Assembly: GCA_900314795.1 (NCBI GenBank)
Contig: OMWP01000001.1
Location: 16,265-80,264, forward strand
From: an uncultured Eubacteriales bacterium
GTDB lineage: Bacteria; Bacillota; Clostridia; Oscillospirales; Acutalibacteraceae
Length of the DNA: 64,000 nucleotides
Direction of reading: 5' to 3'
In this document: piece by piece, positions 33,348 through 42,305 of the stretch
Numbering within the stretch: the first letter of the stretch is position 1
How the letters are laid out: every line of letters starts with the position of its first letter
Made by a program: the position numbers and the translations under genes
Notes under the pieces: generated by a model
Database searches by the model: none
The model's input: only the letters and a program-made list of their open reading frames with translations
Told to the model about the DNA's origin: nothing

Positions 33348-34012
33348 AGTTGCCTCCGTTATAATGATACTAAGTTCAAATAAAAAGTGGACCTAGTATT
33401 AGATATCGTTAGTATTCTAACAGATAACCATTGATTAAGCAAGGCAAAACCGCTTCGATTTTAGGGAAAATCAAGGATTTTTCCACCGTTTTTGGCTTAG
33501 AAAAGCGATTTTGTAGATTGCGACAGTAATCCTTGACAATGTCGGATTGAAATGGGCAAAGTTCACAGAAATGATCTGAGGAAAAATTTCAATCGAAAAG
33601 TTTTTGTCGCATTTATTGTGCAAACTATACTAATATTGTTCCTCTGAACTATTAAAAATCATCATGACTTTAGCGGTATGCACAAAGAAAACAGCAATTT
33701 GTTGTTGACTTTCACGAAAAACAGGCTATAATAATAACTGTCAAGACAAAGTCCGCTTGACTACTGAGCCGCGCGGCCAAGGCGGCACGGTATTTTAGGA
33801 GGGACTGAACATACAGTATATTGTCATTGCGAGGGCACGACACACATTTCGACCCGCGATAACGGCAATCGATTGTTTTCAGTTTTAGCCAAATGGTAAA
33901 TGGCGGCACGAAAAAAAGAATATACCGAATCGGATCATTCCTGTCATATGAGAATTCCTCTTTCATTTATCGCGGTTTTGATTGATCTTGTTTGGTAAAG
34001 GAGGCTGATAGT

Positions 34013-34276
34013 ATGATGACTTCTGTAATGGGTTTACACGACATTGACGTTTCTGAATTCTTGAACGTGCTTGACAGTTGCGAAGGCAACGTGTATCTTG
34101 TCACCCGTGAGGGCGATAAGCTCAACCTGAGAAGCAGACTGAGCCAGCTGCTCGGGATCACCCGACTGATGGAAGGCGGCAGAATCACCGAGGCGTTCAT
34201 CCTCTGTGACAAGCCTGCCGATGAGCAGAAGCTTTTCAGACTGAATATGTTCGGCAAAACCGAGCATTCCGCCTGA
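34013..34276 (+). CDS. Small conserved-looking hypothetical protein (possibly HPr-like fold)
   Basis: AAGGAGG RBS; FLNVLDSCEGNVYLVTREGDKLNLRSRLSQL resembles clostridial HPr-like small proteins; no phosphoacceptor motif seen. Confidence 0.6.
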   Translation: MMTSVMGLHDIDVSEFLNVLDSCEGNVYLVTREGDKLNLRSRLSQLLGITRLMEGGRITEAFILCDKPADEQKLFRLNMFGKTEHSA

Positions 34277-34367
34277 GCAACATGACCTGACTATCAGGCA
34301 ATGCGGTAAAAACAGAAACCACTTTTAATTTGCTAATCACTACTTTTTTCATGTTAATTTAAATCCT

Positions 34368-34662
34368 AAAGCAAAAGGGGCGTTCCTTCGGGAGTGCCTC
34401 TTTTGCTTTCAGACTGTAGAAAAACCTATCCGGCCCCCTCTGACGAGGGGGCGGCAAGAAGCATGATTCACAGAGAAATAAACGTAAAATGCAGGGGAGA
34501 GATAACGCGACGATAAAGAGGAAATAGAAGGATTGACTCAACACCGTGAAAAAAGGCACTTAAAATGCGGCTTGAGTCAAAAGTCGGAGAATCATTGTCA
34601 GGTTTCGTTATCTCTCCCTGAAAGCAAAAGGGGCGTTCCTTCGGGAGCGCCTCTTTTGCTTT
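34368..34662. repeat. Duplicated 42-bp terminator-like hairpin (one mismatch) bracketing a repeat-rich 210-bp segment
   Basis: AAAGCAAAAGGGGCGTTCCTTCGGGAG(T/C)GCCTCTTTTGCTTT at 34368-34409 and 34621-34662. Confidence 0.8.
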
Positions 34663-34877
34663 GTCGTCTTTATGTTGTCATTCTGAGCCTGCGGCGAAGA
34701 ATCTTAAAACGCCCTTTTTCCTTTTATTGATACCGAAAATGTATGATAAAGCATACTGAGAAGATCCTTCGGCAAGCTCAGGATGACACAGTAAAAAGTA
34801 TCGTTATCTCTTTCGGCTGTATAATTCTCCCCTAACTGACATATATTAGAAACAGTATATCACTAAGGAGAATCACT

Positions 34878-35354
34878 ATGTCAATCAGTATCAATCGGGA
34901 AAAAATCAAAACCTACGCCGTTTCCATTCTCGTGCCGCTGGTGCTCGGAGCGATCGTCGGCGTGCTGACCACCCGCACCATGCACTATGAGAATCTCGTA
35001 AAACCGCCGCTGGCGCCGCCCGCGATCCTCTTCCCCATCGCGTGGAGCATCCTCTACACCCTGATGGGCATCTCACACGGGATGCTCAAATGGAGCCGTC
35101 TCGACTCCCCGGACACCGAGATCATCTATTACGCCCAGCTCATCGTCAACCTGATCTGGCCGATCCTGTTCTTCTCACTGGAGTGGCGGCTGTTCGCGTT
35201 TGTCTGGATCATCCTTTTGGATGTGCTGGTAGGGATCATGACCGTGCGCTTTTATCGCAAGGATAAGACCGCGTGGCTTTTGCAGATCCCCTATTGCGTC
35301 TGGCTGCTGTTCGCCACCTACCTCAACCTCGCGACCTATCTCTTGAATCGGTAA
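34878..35354 (+). CDS. TspO/MBR family membrane protein
   Basis: YENLVKPPLAPPAILFPIAWSILY, QLIVNLIWPILFF, LQIPYCVWLLFATYLN. Confidence 0.9.
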   Translation: MSISINREKIKTYAVSILVPLVLGAIVGVLTTRTMHYENLVKPPLAPPAILFPIAWSILYTLMGISHGMLKWSRLDSPDTEIIYYAQLIVNLIWPILFFSLEWRLFAFVWIILLDVLVGIMTVRFYRKDKTAWLLQIPYCVWLLFATYLNLATYLLNR

Positions 35355-35566
35355 GCGCCTGAGAGCATCGCAACTCAGCCTCCGAAATTCTCAGGTGAGA
35401 TTCTGTCCGAATCATCTATTTGGGCTACAGAATCCATACAAAGGAGAGATATCCAAAAGAGGCTGAATCTTGCGATCATTCAATAACGATTTATCATAAA
35501 AATAAATTCTTTTCGGCATCGGGTTTTGTACTCGATGCCTTTTTTCTTGAAAAGCAACAAAATCGC

Positions 35567-35596
35567 TTGACTTCTCCCCTTGTTTCGTGGTACGAT
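35567..35596 (+). promoter_or_regulatory. SigA-type promoter for queT
   Basis: TTGACT-N18-TACGAT with an extended -10 TG; predicted start falls just before the preQ1 stem. Confidence 0.6.
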
Positions 35597-35604
35597 TACA
35601 CGCG

Positions 35605-35815
35605 GTCAGTTCGTAACCATCCTGACTTGGCGAGGGAGCAAAAGGCTCCTTTCGGTATAGGAGCCCGGATTGTAAAAGAGCCTTCCTTTGGGAAAGGAAG
35701 GTGTCAGCGGACACGCGTGTCTGCTGACGGATGAATTGGTTCCATTGACCAAGCGTCAGCGAGATACTATTTCACTTTTACACTTTTACCCCGCCTAAAT
35801 CAAAACTAAGGAGAC
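35605..35815 (+). ncRNA. preQ1 class I riboswitch with a ~170-nt insertion between P1 and the A-rich tail
   Basis: GTCAG-TTCGTAACCATC-CTGAC hairpin (35605-35626) has a preQ1-I-type loop; tail AAATCAAAACTAAGGAG (35797-35813) overlaps the SD of a queT gene. Confidence 0.75.
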
Positions 35816-35823
35816 AAAAGAAT

Positions 35824-36360
35824 ATGAAAGACAAACGTGTGTTGTACATCACACAAGCGGCGATCATCGCCGCGCTTTATGCCGTGCTCACGATCGGACA
35901 GAACGCGCTTTTGCCCGGTACGGCATCGGCAGCGGTACAATTCCGCGTCGCAGAGGTACTGTGCGTCCTCGCGATCTACACCCCGGCGGCGATCCCCGGT
36001 CTGACGATCGGCTGTATCATCGCCAACATCAGCTCCGTTACCGCGGGTCTGGGCTTCTATGACATGATCTTCGGCTCGCTTGCAAGCCTGCTGGCGGCAC
36101 TTGCCATGTACGGACTGCGCAATGTCCGCATCAAGAATATCCCCTTCCTCGCGTTGTTGATGCCCGCGCTCTTCAACGGCGTCATCGTAGGACTGGAGAT
36201 CTCGATCTTCTTCAGCGATACCGGCTTCAGCTTTGTCAGCTTCCTGATCACCGGCGGCTGCGTTGCGCTGGGCGAGCTCGTCGTACTGCTGGTACTGGGC
36301 ATCCCCGCCTGCCTCCTGCTCAATAAGCACGGCAAAAAGATGGGCATCGTGCTCGATTAA
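35824..36360 (+). CDS. queT: QueT-family queuosine precursor transporter
   Basis: AAIIAALYAVLT, VQFRVAEVLCVL, PGLTIGCIIAN, DMIFGSLASL, VALGE; preceded by a preQ1 aptamer. Confidence 0.88.
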   Translation: MKDKRVLYITQAAIIAALYAVLTIGQNALLPGTASAAVQFRVAEVLCVLAIYTPAAIPGLTIGCIIANISSVTAGLGFYDMIFGSLASLLAALAMYGLRNVRIKNIPFLALLMPALFNGVIVGLEISIFFSDTGFSFVSFLITGGCVALGELVVLLVLGIPACLLLNKHGKKMGIVLD

Positions 36361-36366
36361 CAACAA

Positions 36367-36408
36367 AAAGACTGCTCCCGCTAACGGTTACATAGCGGGA
36401 GCTTTTTG
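36367..36408 (+). terminator. Rho-independent terminator after queT
   Basis: GCTCCCGCTA..TAGCGGGAGC followed by TTTTT. Confidence 0.7.
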
Positions 36409-36559
36409 TATGTCAGCGAACATTGTATTCGCTCTGCGAAGCCCGATGGCGATGTGCTGACATGGTCATCAAGGCTGAAAAAGCGTGCTTTTTCTATCAA
36501 TGATTTTCTTCATTGATCCATATAATATACGGCAAAATAAAAATATTTTAAATTAATGC

Positions 36560-36588
36560 TTGCATTTGTCGGCGGATTATGTTATGAT
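36560..36588 (+). promoter_or_regulatory. SigA-type promoter for tRNA-Pro
   Basis: TTGCAT-N17-TATGAT with an extended -10 TG. Confidence 0.6.
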
Positions 36589-36611
36589 AACTCTTGCAGT
36601 AAAAACTGTAT

Positions 36612-36688
36612 CCGGGTGTGGCGCAGTTTGGTAGCGCGCTTGAATGGGGTTCAAGAGGCCGCTGGTTCGACTCCAGTCACTCGGACCA
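36612..36688 (+). tRNA. tRNA-Pro(GGG)
   Basis: Acceptor CCGGGTG/CACTCGG + ACCA; D-arm GCGCAGTTTGGTAGCGC; anticodon arm CTTGA-ATGGGGT-TCAAG; T-loop GGTTCGACTCC. Confidence 0.96.
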
Positions 36689-36690
36689 CG

Positions 36691-36722
36691 GAGGGAAGTT
36701 TTCGAACTTCCCTCTTTTTTAT
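36691..36722 (+). terminator. Terminator after tRNA-Pro
   Basis: GAGGGAAGTT-TTCG-AACTTCCCTC followed by a T-run. Confidence 0.8.
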
Positions 36723-37109
36723 GCCAACTTTGCTCAAAATGGCTTAAACAGTGACTTTGCGCGGATTTTCAAAGTCATTTTAGGGTCGTTTGGGAAAAGG
36801 AAAAGTAAGGAAACTCACACTCAAAATCCGATTTTTTGACCGATTTTGCAAGCCTGATTTTTGAAAAAACGCTGAAATCCGGAAAAATCGGACTTCCTGT
36901 TTTTTGCCTTTTGGGGGTTTGCCCCACGGATTTCAACCGAAATCGCACAATTTACAAAGCTTTCTGCCTCGGGTTATAATAACATAGAGGCGAAAAAACC
37001 GAATATTCAACTGACGAAGCGTTCACTTCATTTGAGAAGTGGGCGCTTTTTTCATTTCCGAAATGTATCGGAATCTCGTAATCAATTTAAACTTAAGGAG
37101 GAATTTATT

Positions 37110-38057
37110 ATGACAAGAACAAGTGATTTTTCGCTCCCGAAGTTCGAGGACATCTTCTCGACGCAGGAGGAGCGTGACGAAGCAAAGCTCGACAAGATCA
37201 GGGATATCCCGTTGTCGGAGATCGACAGCTTCCCCGACCATCCGTTTCATGTGCGTGACGATGAGGATATGCTGCAGCTGGTCGAGAGCATCAAGGAACA
37301 CGGCGTGATGACGCCCGCTGTTCTCCGATTGAAGGAGGACGGTCGCTATGAGCTGGTGGCAGGTCACCGCCGCAAGCGTGCCTGTGAGCTGGCGGGGCTG
37401 GATACCCTGCGCTCCGAGGTCAAGGATCTGACCCGCGATGAGGCGGTCGTCTATATGGTAGAAAGCAACTTTCAGCGTACTACCATCCTGCCGAGCGAGA
37501 AAGCGTTTGCTTATCGGATGAGGTTGGAGGCGATGAAGCGGCAAGCCGGCAGACCCTCAAAAAATAATTTAGTCCCAGTGGGACAAAATTACTCGAGGGA
37601 AGTTCTTTCCGATCAAACAGGAGATAGCCAGACACAGATTCAGAGGTATATTCGCCTCACATACCTCATCCCCGAGTTGTTGAAGCTGGTAGATGAGGGC
37701 AGGATGAAAATGCGCCCGGCTGTGGAGCTCTCCTATCTTAACCCGTATTATCAGCAATTCGTTCTGGACGAAATCGAACTCAACGAGTGTACGCCGTCTC
37801 ACGCTCAGACCATCCGTATGCGAAAGCTCGCGGATGAACACGCTTTGGATGCGGATATTATCTCCGACATCATGTCGGAAGAGAAACCGAATCAGAAAAC
37901 GGAGCGGCTGGCATTTAATGCCGCGAGGGTAAGAAAGCTCCTGCCGGATGACTTGCCGAAAGAAAAGACCGAGGATTTCATCTGCGAGGCGATCACCTTC
38001 TACCGCAAGTATTACCGTGAGCGTTCTGCCCGCAGTTCCGATCGGGATGCACGCTGA
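37110..38057 (+). CDS. ParB/RepB/Spo0J-family protein of clostridial ICE/IME type
   Basis: FPDHPFHV, SIKEHGVMTPAVLR, YELVAGHRRKRAC, VESNFQR, IQRYIRLT; AAGGAGG RBS. Confidence 0.9.
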   Translation: MTRTSDFSLPKFEDIFSTQEERDEAKLDKIRDIPLSEIDSFPDHPFHVRDDEDMLQLVESIKEHGVMTPAVLRLKEDGRYELVAGHRRKRACELAGLDTLRSEVKDLTRDEAVVYMVESNFQRTTILPSEKAFAYRMRLEAMKRQAGRPSKNNLVPVGQNYSREVLSDQTGDSQTQIQRYIRLTYLIPELLKLVDEGRMKMRPAVELSYLNPYYQQFVLDEIELNECTPSHAQTIRMRKLADEHALDADIISDIMSEEKPNQKTERLAFNAARVRKLLPDDLPKEKTEDFICEAITFYRKYYRERSARSSDRDAR

Positions 38058-38142
38058 AAATCTGCGATTATGATTTTTGCAACGTTGTTATTCTCTCGGA
38101 AAGTCTCTACAATGAGCTTATCACAAAACGAAGGGAGAATAA

Positions 38143-38499
38143 ATGATGGGAATTACTTATACGCGACAGGGTGATTACAATCTGCCTAACCTGACCTTGC
38201 CCGAACAGCCAAACGTCGAGCTCGGTGTCTACGCACAAATGCGTCGGAGATTCCTCCGTGATCATCACAGAATCCTGTACTACAATCTCCTGACGCACTG
38301 TGCGCTGACTCAGCACCTTTACGATATCGAACAGGCTGCCATGGATATGGAGGAGCAACTCATCCGTCAGATGGCAGATCAGCAGGAAGTGACCGAAGCG
38401 CTGAAAGCGCAGAATCAAATGATGTGGGTTCAGAAGATGAACAACATCCGCAACGCGGCACGGGAGATCGTTCTGCATGATATCATCTACGCCGTATAA
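38143..38499 (+). CDS. tnpV: TnpV-family protein (Tn4451/Tn4453-like element accessory)
   Basis: YTRQGDYNLPNL, YYNLL..L..HL.DIEQ, EALKAQNQMMWVQKMNNIRNAAREIV. Confidence 0.88.
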   Translation: MMGITYTRQGDYNLPNLTLPEQPNVELGVYAQMRRRFLRDHHRILYYNLLTHCALTQHLYDIEQAAMDMEEQLIRQMADQQEVTEALKAQNQMMWVQKMNNIRNAAREIVLHDIIYAV

Positions 38500-38799
38500 C
38501 ACAGCAGGAGCAGACAAACGCCTGCTCCTGCAATCATATCATTTTGTTTTCGGATAGTAACAAATCAAGAAGTCATTAAGTCGACACACCCGTCGAGGAG
38601 GTCATTATATACAGATCAAATGGGCAAATTTTACTTATTTTTCAACTAAGTTGCATATTCGTATGCAACTTTTTTTATAATTCCAGCATAAGTGTAAGCA
38701 TAATAAACCAAGTAACTAAATCAAAAAAATGACAGAAAAATCATATCTAGCAGATGTATTATTCATTTAAAGGAGTATATGTAGTTAGGAGGATAATAT

Positions 38800-38973
38800 A
38801 TGAACGGATCAGATTGTTGGGACCTTTTATACCGAGCGTATTTATTTAGTAGAATCAGTGATTCTATAGATGAAATGTTAGATATCCCAATTTTATCATA
38901 TGAAGAATTCATAGATAGATTGAAAAATGATGAAAAATATGATATCATCATAAAAAAAGTGCGAGGAGGATAG
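38800..38973 (+). CDS. 57-aa acidic small ORF, not in the ORF track
   Basis: AGGAGG RBS; MNGSDCWDLLYRAYLFSRISDSIDEMLDIPILSYEEFIDRLKNDEKYDIIIKKVRGG*; its last codons supply the GGAGGA RBS of the next gene. Confidence 0.65.
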   Translation: MNGSDCWDLLYRAYLFSRISDSIDEMLDIPILSYEEFIDRLKNDEKYDIIIKKVRGG

Positions 38974-38976
38974 TTT

Positions 38977-41082
38977 ATGCTTACTAAAAATATGTTCCGT
39001 TTGGCAATAACATTGAGCAACAGCCAAGCAGGTAAGTTTTCTTCAAACTTATACAAACTGGTAAAACTATCATTATTAGATTGTTTTCCAAATAGAGTTA
39101 CAGTCCATGATATTAGAGTAAATATTGAAGAAAACTATTCTCTCGTGTTTTCCGATGACGAAATCATTTCTTCTATCGAGAGTAAAGGTCAATCTATCCT
39201 TAAATATGAGCAGGATGAAGACCCTCTATATACAAAGTATTGCTTTTCTCCGGAAGAATATCAAAAAGAGAAAGAGAATTTGAAGGAAACAGAAAATATC
39301 GATAGTTTTATTACGCAATTTATTGATATACAAAATCAAAATAACGAAGAAAGCCTTGATTTTGATACCACAAAAGACCTTATTTATCGCTTTTTGTATT
39401 TCACCTTCAATTCAGATACCCAAACTGTTTTGGAACTGATAGATAAGAGTCGGGTGACCGATCAGACAGAATATGCTGTTGATGAGTCTTTTTCACCAGA
39501 TCAAGCAAAAATCATTAACGATTTCCTTAATTGGGATTACAATAAAAAGAATATTTTCATTCTAAATTTGATATCTGCTTGCTTTGAATACTGTATGCTT
39601 ACAGTAAAAAAAGACACATCTTCTTATGTCAGCGTGTTTAATGGAAAAAGGTTTTATCTTGATTCAAATGTAATATTCAGGTTAGCTGGATTTAATAAAA
39701 AAGAAAGACAATACACAATCGATGCGTTTATAAAAAAGTGCACTGATGCTGGAATCCAATTCTATTACACAAATCACACAAAACAAGAACTGGAAAATTC
39801 CATATCGTTTCATGTTGGTTTACTACATGGTGCTTTAAAAGCTAAAGAACCGATTGCTCCCAGAGCAGAGGAAATAATGAGTTCTAAATATGCAAATCTC
39901 AGTTTCTATGAAGAGTATTTTGATTGGTGTAAAAATCCCGGTAATATAGCTGGGGACTTTGAAGCGTTTAAGGATTATTTAGTTAAGAAGGTCAGAAAGA
40001 TTATTGCTCCTTTCAAACCAGAGATAGCCGATAATTATGAAACAGTCGATTATGAACGTTTCGATTTGATGACTAAAAGTTTTAAACAATATAAATATGA
40101 AAACGATAGAAATGCTCACGATAGTTCTATAAAAATTGATATCAATAACTATTTTCACATTTTGAAAATCAACAATGAAAAACAAGGAATCAACTTTTTA
40201 GATATCAAGAATTATTTTATTACGGCTGATCATAGTTTTACAGAATGGGCGCGGAAACAACGCCCGGGAACTGTTCCGGTTTTTGTGTTGCCCAGTGTCT
40301 GGTATTCTATCTTGCTAAAGTATAAAGGCAGAACCGATAATGATTACGCTGCTTTCTGCCAATTCCTGAATATCAGAATCGCTCCTGAAAAAGATCCACG
40401 ATTAAGCGAGAAGAATATCATGCTTGCCCATATTATGGAGTTGGACGAGCCAACTCGCATAAAGGAAGAAATAATATATGATATCCAGAAGCGTCTGGAG
40501 AAAATGGATGAAAGTTCAATAGAAAACCCCATTGAATTTGCAGAGGAATCGCACCGGTATGTTGTAACCAGAGAGGTTGAGGAAGCAACAAAAAAAGCAG
40601 AAGAAAAATGCAATGCCGAAAGTGAATTTAAAATCAATTCTCTTAAGGAACAATATGAAAAACAGAATCTGTCAGATAAAGAAACAAGCAGACAAGAAGG
40701 TTTTGATGAAGGACAAACAAAAGGATATGCGGATGGCGAAAAACATGGTTTTGACAAGGGACAATTAGATATAATCAAAAAGGAAGCCGCAGCAAAAGCC
40801 AAGAGAAACAAAAGGATTCAAGTAGTATCTATAATTTTATTTATACTCGGTTGTGTAGTGCTAATAGGAACATTGATCATTATGATAATTCCTTCGGGCA
40901 AAGACGACTCAGAAATAATAAAATGGATAAACAACAATGATGGAGTTTTAACTGTGATTTCTATCTTGTTTTCTGCTTTATTTGGTGCTATTGCTACGTT
41001 AACAAAAGTAACAACGGTTCTTTCAACAGATAAAGAAAGAATCATGGATGACATGAAAGAAAAGCATTCAATACAAGATTGA
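38977..41082 (+). CDS. Large PIN-like domain protein with coiled coil and two C-terminal TM helices (candidate defence protein)
   Basis: FYLDSNV, TKQELE, HDSSIKID and ITADH match the spacing of PIN acidic residues; two hydrophobic helices near the C-terminus; AT-rich. Confidence 0.6.
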   Translation: MLTKNMFRLAITLSNSQAGKFSSNLYKLVKLSLLDCFPNRVTVHDIRVNIEENYSLVFSDDEIISSIESKGQSILKYEQDEDPLYTKYCFSPEEYQKEKENLKETENIDSFITQFIDIQNQNNEESLDFDTTKDLIYRFLYFTFNSDTQTVLELIDKSRVTDQTEYAVDESFSPDQAKIINDFLNWDYNKKNIFILNLISACFEYCMLTVKKDTSSYVSVFNGKRFYLDSNVIFRLAGFNKKERQYTIDAFIKKCTDAGIQFYYTNHTKQELENSISFHVGLLHGALKAKEPIAPRAEEIMSSKYANLSFYEEYFDWCKNPGNIAGDFEAFKDYLVKKVRKIIAPFKPEIADNYETVDYERFDLMTKSFKQYKYENDRNAHDSSIKIDINNYFHILKINNEKQGINFLDIKNYFITADHSFTEWARKQRPGTVPVFVLPSVWYSILLKYKGRTDNDYAAFCQFLNIRIAPEKDPRLSEKNIMLAHIMELDEPTRIKEEIIYDIQKRLEKMDESSIENPIEFAEESHRYVVTREVEEATKKAEEKCNAESEFKINSLKEQYEKQNLSDKETSRQEGFDEGQTKGYADGEKHGFDKGQLDIIKKEAAAKAKRNKRIQVVSIILFILGCVVLIGTLIIMIIPSGKDDSEIIKWINNNDGVLTVISILFSALFGAIATLTKVTTVLSTDKERIMDDMKEKHSIQD

Positions 41083-41199
41083 ACACACAAAAGCGTGTAA
41101 GAGGATACCCCTCCTACACGCTCTTTTTTCTGTTCGGCACTGTCGAACAGCGGTGCGACAAGGAATGACATAAATAGAAGAGCAACTTTGGACAGTGTT

Positions 41200-41376
41200 T
41201 ATTTGTACCCCATTAAGGTGGTCGATAACAAAAACGTAGAGTATAACGGCAAAACGATGTCGCTGACAGCGTTGGCGAAGCTGCTGCCCGGGAAGAAGTA
41301 CGCCGTAGCAGACCTCCGGTTCTTTAAATACAAAAGCGAGGAAGCTCAATGACCTATGGCAGAGGCTGGGTGTGTA
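41200..41376 (+). pseudogene. Remnant of the C-terminus of a GIY-YIG/T5orf172-type nuclease gene (RAMA-like)
   Basis: Reads IKVVDNKNVEYNGKTMSLTALAKLLPGKKYAVADLRFFKYK, then a frameshift to NDLWQRLGV*; no start. Family assignment from recall. Confidence 0.45.
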
Positions 41377-41704
41377 AAGTGGTCGATTCGATATGGAAGT
41401 GGTGCCGCTGAAGAAACAGAGTAAAAAAGAACAGCGCAAACACCATGCTCTGTCGCGATTGGAACGGCTTGAAGTTGACCACGAGAGTTGTAGAAAGTAA
41501 GAAAGTCTATAACCGCAAGAAGGTGAGAAAGCCGAAAATTAATACCGTGAACCAGGCTGTGCCCTCGTAAGAGTATACAGCTTTTTGGGCTTTTTGGATT
41601 TTTGGATTCCAAATTCATCAAAGTGACTTTTATCGGACTCGTCTTGTGCGATAATGAGTACAAGGAGTAGAATTCAACCCCAAAAACCTACAAGGAGGAT
41701 CATT

Positions 41705-41860
41705 ATGTTTGACGATATTTTCGGAGGAATGTTTGATTTCAACGGCGACTGTCATACCGACTTCGCTGAGGAGGCTGTCGGCTTTGCTATCATGGAGGAT
41801 ATGATAAGCGAGAATGACAGTGAGGATGACTTCGATATCGACTCGGATGACGACTGGTAA
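41705..41860 (+). CDS. Small acidic hypothetical protein (EF-hand-like DFNGD)
   Basis: AAGGAGG RBS; MFDDIFGGMFDFNGDCHTDFAEEAVGF... Confidence 0.6.
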   Translation: MFDDIFGGMFDFNGDCHTDFAEEAVGFAIMEDMISENDSEDDFDIDSDDDW

Positions 41861-41882
41861 CGGATAACAAAAACAGAATAAG

Positions 41883-42012
41883 CCTATATAGAGTGCGCGA
41901 GGGACAAGCCCGTTGACCGCACAGCAACCTGCCGACTCTCACGACGGTAAGGTGCTAATGCTTGACCGATAGGTGAACCCGGCGCTCTTTAGGATATATC
42001 ACAAAAGGAGTG
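41883..42012 (+). ncRNA. SAM-I/IV-like riboswitch
   Basis: P1 CCTAT/ATAGG, P2 GTGCG/CGCAC, core GAGGGA..GCCC..TGA, GCAACC, AAGGTGCTAA, GCTTGACCGAT; lacks the SAM-I P4. Confidence 0.75.
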
Positions 42013-42017
42013 TCATT

Positions 42018-42284
42018 ATGAAAACAATCAAAGAGTCAGCAAACATGGGTGAGCGTGTGTATGTTCACCTCAAGGATGAAGAAACAGCGATGAGGTTTCT
42101 GCGGCAGGCAGAATCGGAGGGATTCACCTTCGGCGATGGTGTCAGCCCCACAGATCGCCATTGGTCGGATCTCTATGCGGTCCATCCCGACAGTACGCTG
42201 AACTATGTCAGCACTAACGGACGCATACACTACGGCTCCGGCGCGGATGGGATCGTAAGGATAGAATACGCAGAATTATTGTAA
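42018..42284 (+). CDS. Hypothetical protein downstream of the SAM riboswitch
   Basis: AAGGAG RBS; 88 aa; no recognised motif. Confidence 0.7.
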   Translation: MKTIKESANMGERVYVHLKDEETAMRFLRQAESEGFTFGDGVSPTDRHWSDLYAVHPDSTLNYVSTNGRIHYGSGADGIVRIEYAELL

Positions 42285-42305
42285 CAACTGACAGGAGGTG
42301 TCGGT

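Noticed and set aside
33700-33990. Possible riboswitch or sRNA upstream of the 34013 ORF
   Set aside because: No known aptamer core recognised; part of it is a family B REP fragment.
41883-41990. Self-cleaving ribozyme (twister-like GGGACAAGCCC) reading of this RNA
   Set aside because: The SAM-clan riboswitch core (GAGGGA, GCAACC, GGTGCTAA, P1/P2 stems) explains the sequence much better.
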